From Ranitomeya imitator (taxonomy: Eukaryota): a DNA stretch of 64,000 nucleotides. Below the pieces are notes generated by a model, which worked only from the letters and a program-made list of their open reading frames with translations, was not told the DNA's origin and did no database searches. Below are positions 19,363-30,414 of this stretch, one piece after another. Made by a program: the position numbers and the translations under genes. Where the stretch lies: positions 150,660,001 to 150,724,000 of the forward strand of contig NC_091290.1 in NCBI RefSeq assembly GCF_032444005.1. Direction: 5' to 3'. Position 1 is the stretch's first letter, and each line of letters starts with the position of its first letter.

Positions 19363-22035
19363 TAATCTGCCGATTGGTGTAATAATCTGCAGGATGTATG
19401 ACTATGTATCTGTCAGGAGGTGGAGGAGCGATGCTCTGCAGAGAGGTCAGTGGTGTAATAATCTGCAGGATATATCACTGTCTGTCAGGAGGTGGAGGAG
19501 CGATGCTCTGCAGAGAGGTCAGTGGTGTAATAATCTGCAGGATGTATCACTATGTATCTGTCAGGAGGTGGAGGAGCGAAGCTCTGCAGAGAGGTCAGTG
19601 GTGTAATAATCTGCAGGATATATCACTGTGTATCTGTCAGGAGGTGGAGGAGCGATGTTCTGCAGAGAGGTCAGTGGTGTAATAATCTGCAGGATATATC
19701 ACTGTGTATCTGTCAGGAGGTGGAGGAGCGATGCTCTGCAGAGAGGTCAGTGGTGTAATAATCTGCAGGATATATCATTCTGTCAGGAGGTGGAGGAGCG
19801 ATGCTCTGCAGAGAGGTCAGTGGTGTAATAATCTGCAGGATATATCACTATGTATCTGTCAGGAGGTGGAGGAGCGATGCTCTGCAGAGAGGTCAGTGGT
19901 GTAATAATCTGCAGGATATATCACTCTGTATCTGTCAGGAGGTGGAGGAGCGATGCTCTGCAGAGAGGTCAGTGGTGTAATAATCTGCAGGATATATCAC
20001 TATGTATCTGTCAGGAGGTGGAGGAGTGATGCTCTGCAAAGGTCAGTGGTGTAATAATCTGCAGGATATATCACTCTGTATCTGTCAGGAGGTGGAGGAG
20101 CGATGCTCTGCAGAGAGGTCAGTGGTGTAATAATCTGCAGGATATATCACTATGTATCTGTCAGGAGGAGGAGGAGTGATGCTCTGCAGAGGTCAGCGGT
20201 GTAATAATCTGCAGAATATATCACTATGTATCTGTCAGGAGGTGGAGGAGCGATGCTCTGCAGAGAGGTCAGTGGTGTAATAATCTGCAGAATATATCAC
20301 TATGTATCTGTCAGGAGGTGGAGAAGCGATGTTCTGCAGAGAGGTCAGTGGTGTAATAATCTGCAGGATATATCACTATGTATCTGTCAGGAGGTGGAGG
20401 AGCGATGTTCTGCAGAGGTCAGTGGTGTAATAATCTGCAGGATACATCACTATGTATCTGTCAGGAGGTGGAGGAGCGATGCTCTGCAGAGAGGTCAGTG
20501 GTGTAATAATCTGCAGGTTATATCACTATGTATCTGTCAGGAGGAGGAGTGATGCTCTGCAGAGGTCAGTGGTGTAATAATCTGCAGGATATCACTATGT
20601 ATCTGTCAGGAGGTGGAGGAGCGATGCTCTGCAGAGGTCAGTGGTGTAATAATCTGCAGGATATATCACTATGTATCTGTCAGGAGGTGGAGGAGCGATG
20701 CTCTGCAGAGAGGTCAGTGGTGTAATAATCTGCAGGATATATCACTGTGTATCTGTCAGGAGGTGGAGGAGCGATGCTCTGCAGAGAGGTCAGTGGTGTA
20801 ATAATCTGCAGGATATATCACTGTGTATCTGTCAGGAGGTGGAGGAGCGATGCTCTGCAGAGGTCAGTGGTGTAATAATCTGCAGGATATATCACTATGT
20901 ATCTGTCAGGAGGTGGAGGAGCGATGCTCTGCAGAGAGGTCAGTGGTGTAATAATCTGCAGGATATATCACTGTGTATCTGTCAGGAGGTGGAGGAGCGA
21001 TGCTCTGCAGAGAGGTCAGTGGTGTAATAATCTGCAGGATATATCACTGTGTATCTGTCAGGAGGTGGAGGAGCAATGCTCTGCAGAGAGGTCAGTGGTG
21101 TAATAATCTGCAGGATATATCACTGTATCTGTCAGGAGGTGGAGGAGCGATGCTCTGCAGAGAGGTCAGTGGTGTAATAATCTGCAGGATATATCACTAT
21201 GTATCTGTCAGGAGGTGGAGGAGCGATGCTCTGCAGAGAGGTCAGTGGTGTAATAATCTGCAGGATATATCACTGTGTATCTGTCAGGAGGTGGAGGAGC
21301 GATGTTCTGCAGAGAGGTCAGTGGTGTAATAATCTGCAGGATATATCACTGTGTATCTGTCAGGAGGTGGAGGAGCGATGCTCTGCAGAGAGGTCAGTGG
21401 TGTAATAATCTGCAGGATATATCACTGTATCTGTCAGGAGGTGGAGGAGCGATGCTCTGCAGAGAGGTCAGTGGTGTAATAATCTGCAGGATATATCACT
21501 GTGTATCTGTCAGGAGGTGGAGGAGCGATGTTCTGCAGAGAGGTCAGTGGTGTAATAATCTGCAGGATATATCACTGTGTATCTGTCAGGAGGTGGAGGA
21601 GCGATGCTCTGCAGAGAGGTCAGTGGTGTAATAATCTGCAGGATATATCACTGTGTATCTGTCAGGAGGTGGAGGAGCGATGCTCTGCAGAGAGGTCAGT
21701 GGTGTAATAATCTGCAGGATATATCACTGTATCTGTCAGGAGGTGGAGGAGCGATGCTCTGCAGAGAGGTCAGTGGTGTAATAATCTGCAGGATATATCA
21801 CTATGTATCTGTCAGGAGGTGGAGGAGCGATGCTCTGCAGAGAGGTCAGTGGTGTAATAATCTGCAGGATATATTATTATTATACATTTTTATAGCGCCA
21901 TTTATTCCATGGCGCTTTACATGTATCTGTCAGGAGGTGGAGGAGCGATGCTCTGCAGAGAGGTCAGTGGTGTAATAACCTGCAGGATCTATCACTGTGT
22001 ATCTGTCAGGAGGTGGAGGAGCGATGCTCTGCAGA
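19363..22035. repeat. 76-bp satellite (tgtatctgtcaggaggtggaggagcgatgctctgcagagaggtcagtggtgtaataatctgcaggatatatcac..), ~35 copies
   Basis: Visible period of ~76 nt with 2-6-nt deletion variants. Confidence 0.96.
21875..21923 (-). mobile_element. ~46-bp extreme 3' end of the L2 LINE inserted in the 76-bp satellite
   Basis: tattattatacatttttatagcgccatttattccatggcgctttac replaces cact in one unit; the segment tatagcgccatttattccatggcgctttacatgt is identical to the L2 tail at ~13905-13936. Confidence 0.8.
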
Positions 22036-22769
22036 TCGGGAGTTGGAGATATCTGATGGGAATATTTTATGATGCGATAGCTCCATATAGTATGTGCGAT
22101 GGTCACACGGACCTAGTTCGCCACCATGTGGACGCAGGGGGTACTACACTCCATGATGGATGAGCGCTCCTTGGCTGTAGGGTCATTTACTCATTAGCAA
22201 ATAGAAATCTGCACCAGCACACAGCACACAGACCTGTCCGTCACATCAGTGGAGAAACTCCGTGCATGATCTGTTTGCACCCAGGAGTTAGCTCCAGAGC
22301 GGCTTCAGTAGGTGATCTCTATGAATGGCGCGCTCTTACACTGGCAGCGCTTACACTTGGATATTGGTGCAGAAAATCTCGGTGTGAACTGAGAGAAACA
22401 GCAATGATGGCCGAAATGCAAAATTGCAGAAAACCCCGCGGTTAGTCATGAAGTGGCTGGTGATTCCGGGACATCATGGATCACACGGTCGCACGTTGTT
22501 TACGGGAACGTCTCGATTTCCGTGTCCTCTGATCACGGAGTTTCCCAGGGATCGCAGCACAGAATACACATCAGATAGGACCGGGGCGACACACAATAGT
22601 CAGGAAATTCTGAGGGATCATTACATCAATTACTCCTAATCCCTCAAAGGAGCAGAGAAATCTGCTTCATTCTCTTCTGTCATCTTCTTGTCTTGCTGTA
22701 TGCAGCCCCCGAGGAGGCGACGACTCTGCTGTATATGATGTGCAGTGGTTCACACTGGAGCGGCGGCCG

Positions 22770-25700
22770 ACAGCAGAGCAGAGCTATAGAGCGAAGCAGA
22801 GGCATAGAGTGAAGCAGAGGCATATAGCGGAGCAGAGGCATAGAGCAGAGGTATAGAGCGGAGCAGAGGCATAGAGCAGAGGTATATAGCGGAGCAGAGG
22901 TAAATAACAGAGCAGAGGTAGATAGCGAAGCAGAGGTAAATGGCGGATCAGAGGTATAGAGCGAAGCAGAGGCATAGAGCAGAGGTATATAGCGGAGCAG
23001 AGGTAAATAACAGAGCAGAGGTAGATAGCGAAGCAGAGGTAAATGGCGGATCAGAGGTATAGAGCGAAGCAGAGGCATAGAGCGGAGCAGAGGCATATAG
23101 CAGAGGTTTAGAGCGAAGCAGAGGTATAGAGCAGAGGTATATAGCAGAGCAGAGGTATAGAGCTTAGCAGAGGCGCAGAGCAGAGGTATATAGCAGAGCA
23201 GAGGTATAGAGCGAAGCAGAGGCATAGAGCAGAGGCGCAGAGCAGAGGTATATAGCAGAGCAGAGGTATAGAGCGAAGCAGAGGCATAGAGCAGAGGCAT
23301 AGAGCAGAGGCATAGAGCGGAGCAGAGGCATAGAGCGGAGCAGAGGCATAGAGCGAATCAGAGGCATAGAGCGGAGCAGAGGCATAGAGCGGAGCAGAGG
23401 CATAGAGCGGAGCAGAGGCATAGAGCAGAGGTATAGAGCGGAGCAGAGGCATAGAGCGGAGCAGAGGCATAGAGCGGAGCAGAGGCATAGAGCAGAGGTA
23501 TAGAGCGGAGCAGAGGCATAGAGCGGAGCAGAGGCATAGAGCAGAGGTATAGAGCGAAGCAGAGGCATAGAGCAGAGGCATAGAGCAGAGGCATAGAGCA
23601 GAGGCATAGAGCAGAGGCATAGAGCGGAGCAGAGGCATAGAGCGGAGCAGAGGCATAGAGCGGAGCAGAGGCATAGAGCGGAGCAGAGGCATAGAGCAGA
23701 GGTATAGAGTGAATCAGAGGCATAGAGCAGAGCAGAGGCATAGAGCAGAGGTATAGAGCGGAGCAGAGGCATAGAGCGGAGCAGAGGCATAGAGCAGAGG
23801 TATAGAGCGGAGCAGAGGCATAGAGCGGAGCAGAGGCATAGAGCGGAGCAGAGGCATAGAGCAGAGGTATAGAGTGAATCAGAGGCATAGAGCGGAGCAG
23901 AGGCATAGAGCAGAGGCATAGAGCGGAGCAGAGGCATAGAGCAGAGGTATAGAGCAGAGGTATAGAGTGAATCAGAGGCATAGAGCAGAGCAGAGGCATA
24001 GAGCAGAGGCATAGAGCGGAGCAGAGGCATAGAGCAGAGGTATAGAGTGAATCAGAGGCATAGAGCAGAGCAGAGGCATAGAGCAGAGCAGAAGCATAGA
24101 GCAGAGGTATAGAGTGAATCAGAGGCATAGAGCAGAGGTATAGAGTGAATCAGAGGCATAGAGCAGAGGTATAGAGTGAATCAGAGGCATAGAGCAGAGC
24201 AGAGGCATAGAGCGGAGCAGAAGCATAGAGCAGAGGTATAGAGCGAATCAGAGGCATAGAGCAGAGGCATAGAGCAGAGGCATAGAGTGAATCAGAGGCA
24301 TAGAGCGGAGCAGAGGCATAGAGCGGAGGCGCAGAGCAGAGGTATAGAGCGGAGCAGAGGCATAGAGCAGAGGCATAGAGCGGAGCAGAGGCATAGAGCA
24401 GAGGCATAGAGCGGAGCAGAGGCATAGAGCGGAGCAGAGGCATAGAGCGAATCAGAGGCATAGAGCGGAGCAGAGGCATAGAGCGGAGCAGAGGCATAGA
24501 GCGGAGCAGAGGCATAGAGCAGAGGTATAGAGCGGAGCAGAGGCATAGAGCGGAGCAGAGGCATAGAGCGGAGCAGAGGCATAGAGCAGAGGTATAGAGC
24601 GGAGCAGAGGCATAGAGCGGAGCAGAGGCATAGAGCAGAGGTATAGAGCGAAGCAGAGGCATAGAGCAGAGGCATAGAGCAGAGGCATAGAGCAGAGGCA
24701 TAGAGCAGAGGCATAGAGCGGAGCAGAGGCATAGAGCGGAGCAGAGGCATAGAGCGGAGCAGAGGCATAGAGCGGAGCAGAGGCATAGAGCGGAGCAGAG
24801 GCATAGAGCAGAGGTATAGAGTGAATCAGAGGCATAGAGCAGAGCAGAGGCATAGAGCAGAGGTATAGAGCGGAGCAGAGGCATAGAGCGGAGCAGAGGC
24901 ATAGAGCAGAGGTATAGAGCGGAGCAGAGGCATAGAGCGGAGCAGAGGCATAGAGCAGAGGTATAGAGTGAATCAGAGGCATAGAGCGGAGCAGAGGCAT
25001 AGAGCAGAGGCATAGAGCGGAGCAGAGGCATAGAGCAGAGGTATAGAGCAGAGGTATAGAGTGAATCAGAGGCATAGAGCAGAGGCATAGAGCAGAGGCA
25101 TAGAGCGGAGCAGAGGCATAGAGCAGAGGTATAGAGTGAATCAGAGGCATAGAGCAGAGCAGAGGCATAGAGCAGAGCAGAAGCATAGAGCAGAGGTATA
25201 GAGTGAATCAGAGGCATAGAGCAGAGGTATAGAGTGAATCAGAGGCATAGAGCAGAGGTATAGAGTGAATCAGAGGCATAGAGCAGAGCAGAGGCATAGA
25301 GCGGAGCAGAAGCATAGAGCAGAGGTATAGAGCGAATCAGAGGCATAGAGCAGAGGCATAGAGCAGAGGCATAGAGTGAATCAGAGGCATAGAGCGGAGC
25401 AGAGGCATAGAGCGGAGGCGCAGAGCAGAGGTATAGAGCGGAGCAGAGGCATAGAGCAGAGGCATAGAGCGGAGCAGAGGCATAGAGCAGAGGTATAGAG
25501 TGAATCAGAGGCATAGAGCGGAGCAGAGGCATAGAGCAGAGCAGAGGCATAGAGCAGAGCAGAGGCATAGAGCAGAGGTATAGAGCGAATCAGAGGCATA
25601 GAGCGGAACAGAGGCATAGAGCAGAGGTATAGAGCGAATCAGAGGCATAGAGCAGAGGCATAGAGCGGAGCAGAGGCATAGAGCAGAGGCACAGAGCAGA

Positions 25701-26160
25701 GGAGAGGCACAGAGCAGAGCAGAGGTATAGAGCGGAGCAGAGGCATAGAGCAGAGCAGAGGTATATAATAGAGCAGAGGTATATAGCGAAGCAGAGGTAA
25801 ATGGCGGATCAGAGGTATAGAGCGAAGCAGAGGTAGATGGCGGAGCAGAGGTATATAACAGAGCAGAGGTAGATAGCGAAGCAGAGGTAGATAGCGAAGC
25901 AGAGGTAAATAACAGAGCAGAGGCATAGAGCGGAGCAGAGGTATAGAGCGAAGCAGAGGTAAATAACAGAGCTGTGGTAGATAGCAAAGCAGAGGTATAT
26001 AGCGGAGCAGAGGTAAATGGCGAAGCAGAGGTAAATAACAGAGCTGAGGTAGATAGCGAAGCAGAGGTAAATAACAGAGCTGAGGTAGATAGTGAAGCAG
26101 AGGTAAATGGCGAAGCAGAGGTAAATAAGAGAACAGAGGTATATAGTGGAGCAGAGGTGC
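22770..26160. repeat. Purine-rich satellite of mixed 18-bp and 13-bp units (agcagaggcatagagcgg / agcagaggcatag)
   Basis: Visible units; this array is the source of the MPLLRS/YASAPL/LCSA pseudo-ORFs. Confidence 0.95.
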
Positions 26161-26269
26161 ATACAGACACAGATACAAGACACATATACCAGAGCAGCGG
26201 CCTATATTGGATCAGAGGTTCATACCGCAGCTCCTGTTTATATTGAAGCAGTGGTGCATACTGGAGCGG

Positions 26270-27404
26270 TTTACATTCTGAAGCAGCAACTTTTTCAGTG
26301 GTGGCCTGCACCGGAGCGGCGGTCTGCACTGGAGCTGTTTACCTTCTGAAGCAGCAATTTTTTCAGTGGCGGCCTGCACTAGAGCGGCGGCCTGCACTGG
26401 AGCGGCGGCCTGCACTGGAGCGGCGGCCTGCACTGGAGCAGCAATTTTTTCAGTGACGGCCTGCACTGGAGCGGCGGCCTGCACTTGAGCGGCATCCTGC
26501 ACTGGAGCGGCATCCTGCACTGGAGCGGCATCCTGCACTGGAGCGGCATCCTGCACTGGAGCGGCATCCTGCACTGGAGCGGCGGCCTGCACTGGGGCGG
26601 CGGTCTGCACTGGAGCGGCATCCTGCACTGGAGCAGCATCCTGCACTGGAGCGGCGGTCTGCACTGGAGCGGCATCCTGCACTGGAGCGGCGGTCTGCAC
26701 TGGAGCGGCATCCTGCACTGGAGCGGCGGCCTGCACTGGGGCGGCGGTCTGCACTGGAGCGGCGGCCTGCACTGGAGCGGCGGCCTGCACTGGAGCGGCG
26801 GCCTGCACTGGAGCGGCGGCCTGCACTGGGGCGGCGGTCTGCACTGGAGCAGCATCCTGCACTGGAGCTGCGGTCTGCACTGGAGCAGCATCCTGCACTG
26901 GAGCTGCGGTCTGCACTGGAGCAGCATCCTGCACTGGAGCGGCGGTCTGCACTGGAGCGGCGGTCTGCACTGGAGCGGCGGTCTGCACTGGAGCGGCATC
27001 CTGCACTGGAGCGGCATCCTGCACTGGAGCGGCGGTCTGCACTGGAGCGGCATCCTGCACTGGAGCGGCGGTCTGCACTGGAGCGGCATCCTGCACTGGA
27101 GCGGCGGTCTGCACTGGAGCGGCATCCTGCACTGGAGCGGCGGTCTGCACTGGAGCAGCATCCTGCACTGGAGCGGCGGTCTGCACTGGAGCGGCATCCT
27201 GCACTGGAGCAGCATCCTGCACTGGAGCTGCGGTCTGCACTGGAGCAGCATCCTGCACTGGAGCGGCGGTCTGCACTGGAGCGGCGGTCTGCACTGGAGT
27301 AGCATCCTGCACTGGAGCTGCGGTCTGCACTGGAGCAGCATCCTGCACTGGAGCGGCGGTCTGCACTGGAGCGGCATCCTGCACTGGAGCGGCGGCCTGC
27401 ACTG
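26270..27404. repeat. 18-bp GC-rich minisatellite (ctgcactggagcggcggc/ggcatc), ~55-60 copies
   Basis: 18-nt period; source of the VQAAAP, QCRPPL and HWSGGL pseudo-ORFs. Confidence 0.96.
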
Positions 27405-28519
27405 GTTTAATGCAGTGTTATCATGGAGATAGACTAGAGACACACTGCATTCATGGCCACTGCTGGTGCATAGGTCCAGAACCTGTACGCCCAGCAGTGG
27501 CCACAGTCAGGATGGATGGCTAGCCATCCGCTCACCATAGGAATGGATTTTGTTAAGAATGAGTACAGCATAGTAAGCATTTCTTGCACTGTCTGCTTCC
27601 ATTTCCTATACGCTGCGCAGCCAGATGCAGCCGAGGGGACACTTTTGGTGTCTGTCTGGTAATGGGGGCATACAGCTATGGGAACGGTAAAGGAGCCATC
27701 GGGAAACCCTTCTGACATACAAAGTGCACAGGGCCACGTATCCCGGCACACAGCTGGGCGATGTCCCCTCTGATACACTGACAGATCCAGCTATAAGGAG
27801 GAATCAGCTGAACATCTGCACATCTGCGGCCAAGGGCGGCCATAAGCCGCAGTATCGGGTACATCAGCCAGGATTGCGGAGAGCTACTTTAACTTGAAAA
27901 TAGGATTGTCGAAAATCCTTATTCCGCCTAATCCGCTGATTTGGGACAATACACATGTTTTGCCTTGATCTGGCAGCTGTGGATTATAGACACGCAGCGT
28001 ATATCCAGACATCTGACAGAGCCGCCAGTGTGATAATATACGTGACATATAAACTACGGTATCATAATATAAAATACAGAATCACGATACAGCAGAGGCC
28101 ATCATATCGTCTACATGCATTTATACAATGATACGCCAGAACATTAATATCACTGACCTCATATTGTGTGTCTCCCTTCCTCTGACCCATTGAGGCCTGG
28201 ACTCCACATTCCTCTGCAGCTGTCCTGTGTACCCGACTGCACATCCTGTGCGTTGCCCGTTGAGGCCTCCATGGATCGGACTTGGATCTACGAGTTTGGA
28301 GACAAGTCATCACCTTTATTTCTTTGTCATGTTTCTCAGACAATTCCTGAAGACCATTTTCCTGATAGAGGCACAGATGTTAGGAGATAACAAGTAGTCC
28401 ATGTCACTTCCACATTGCCCCATCACACGGCCTCCACCAGCTTCTCCCCAGAGTCACTCAGTGCAAACACTACACAAGACTCCACGAGACCTGCCATACA
28501 CAGCCCAAAACACCTACCC

Positions 28520-28785
28520 TATACTGGGACCAACCCACAAGATCCCCGTATACCAGGAACACCCCACAAGACCCCCCATATACCAGGAACACCCCACAAG
28601 ACCTGCCGTATACCAGGAACACCCCACAAGACCCCCCATATACCAGGAACACCCCACAAGACCCACCGTATACCAGGAACACCCCACAAGACCTGCCGTA
28701 TACTGGGAACACCCCACAAGACCCGCCGTATACCAGGAACACCCCACAAGACCCGCCGTATACCAGGAACACCCCACAAGACCTG
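28520..28785 (+). repeat. 30-bp satellite (tatactgggaacaccccacaagacctgccg), left piece
   Basis: Same unit as 30415-33736; separated from it by the CR1 insertion. Confidence 0.92.
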
Positions 28786-29074
28786 TGGGCTGTATTAACA
28801 GAAGCATTGAGTATAGATCACGTGAAGTCATTATTGCACCCTACTCCTCTATGGTCAGACCTCATCTGGAATACTGGGTCCAGTTTTGGGCACCACATTT
28901 TAAAAAAGACATCAACAAACTGGAGCAAGTTCAGAGAAGAGCGACCAGAATGGTGACCGGTCTGCAAACCATGTCCTGTGAGGAACGGTTACAGGATCTG
29001 GGAATGTTTAGCTGCAAAAAAGACTGAGAGGAGACTTAATAGCCGTCTACAAATATCTCCAGGGCCATCACATT
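28786..29074 (+). mobile_element. CR1 LINE ORF2 C-terminal fragment (left part)
   Basis: Reads GCINRSIEYRSREVII...RPHLEYWVQFWAPHFKKDINKLEQVQRRATRMV...EERLQDLGMFS, the classic CR1 RT C-terminus, then a frameshift into RLRGDLIAVYKYL. Confidence 0.88.
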
Positions 29075-29304
29075 TCAATGCAAAAATACCCAGTCTCATA
29101 TTGTTCAGTATGCCAAGCAATTAATGCCTAGCTGCTTACATAGCACTCCATGGTAATTATATTCAAAAAGGAGAAATATTGGAGTGTTTGGCAAAATTTC
29201 TATAACAGCCTTTATTGACACAGACCATCAAACTTAACAAGCAAGATTTAAAAAATGTGAATAAAAAGTACCCCAGCACTGGCCGCACTCAGACCTAAAT
29301 GTAA

Positions 29305-29660
29305 ATGTGCACACGTCAGGATTAGCCTTAGGAATTTCTGGTGCATGTCTTGGCAGAAAACACAGCTGCGAATTTGACGCTTTTTTTGTGCGGATCCGCA
29401 GCGTTTTTTGTGAGGATTTTTCTGGGTTTTTTACCCCTGCGGATTTCTATAACGGAATGGGTACAAAAACGCTGCAGATCCGCAAAAAAGTAGTGACATG
29501 CTGCTTCTTTTAATCCGCAGCAGATTTTCCGCACCATGACCACAGTGTTTTTTTTTTTCTCATTTACATTGTACTGTAATCAATTGCAGATCTGAAGCGT
29601 TTCTGCACTGCAAAAGACGCTGCAGATCCGCAGAGAATCCGCAACGTGTGCACATAGCCT
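29305..29660. mobile_element. Palindromic MITE-like element
   Basis: Inverted termini atgtgcacacg (29305-29315) / cgtgtgcacat (29645-29655) and internal tgcggat/atccgca palindromes; same family as the element starting at 63743. Confidence 0.7.
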
Positions 29661-30114
29661 AATACGTAAGGGCTTCAAGCAGCATGATATTTCGAGGACC
29701 CCATCACCTACAATGTCCATCCACCTGATCCCAAAGGTTAATGGAGGGAGGACATTACTCAATACAGCCCAGTAGCTGTTGTAGAATCTACTCTGGGGAT
29801 TCCTCTCCCATACTGCCCCATAATACATATGGTCACAAAAATCAACCTATGTTAAGTTAAATAAAAGGGGCATGTTACCCAGACTGAGGCACACCGCTGG
29901 ACGCACCCCGACGCACGTTTCGCCGCTCTATAGCCTTGCTTTCTCAAGAGGAGGTGTGTTAATGGTTTCCTACAGGACCTTTTATATCCATGGTAACCGG
30001 TCATGTATTTATCACATGACCGGCCACCACTGGACTGTGTATACATGGCGCATGCGCCTGCGGCCGGCCGCACCATACCCATGTGACCCGGCACATCGCC
30101 GTCCAACATCCGAG

Positions 30115-30411
30115 TCACATTGTAGAAGGATCTTTATTCTCATTTGCACAAGGAAAGACTAGAAGCAACGGGATGAAACTGAATGAGAGGAGACACAGAT
30201 TAGATATTAGAATAAACTTTTTGATGTTGAGATTGATCAATGAGTGAAACAGGCGGCCACGAGAGGTGGTGAGTTCTCCTTCAATAGAAGTCTTCACACA
30301 GAGGCTGGACAGATAACTGTCAGATGATTTAGTGAATCCTGTTTTGAGCAGGGGGTTGGACCAGATGACCCAGGAGGTCCCTTCCAACTCTACCATTCTA
30401 GGATTCTATGA
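30115..30411 (+). mobile_element. CR1 LINE 3' end (right part)
   Basis: Continues the CR1 sequence and ends ...gaggtcccttccaactctaccattctaggattctatga, the CR1-type terminal repeat. Confidence 0.88.
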
Positions 30412-30414
30412 CCT

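Noticed and set aside
19363-22035. Regularly spaced repeats superficially like a CRISPR array (also other arrays)
   Set aside because: Units are contiguous with no unique spacers, there are no cas genes, and the context is vertebrate.
28166-28390. Possible exon after ctctgcag (LSCVPDCTSCALPVEASMDRTWIYEFGDK)
   Set aside because: No recognisable homology, no convincing donor and no partner exons.
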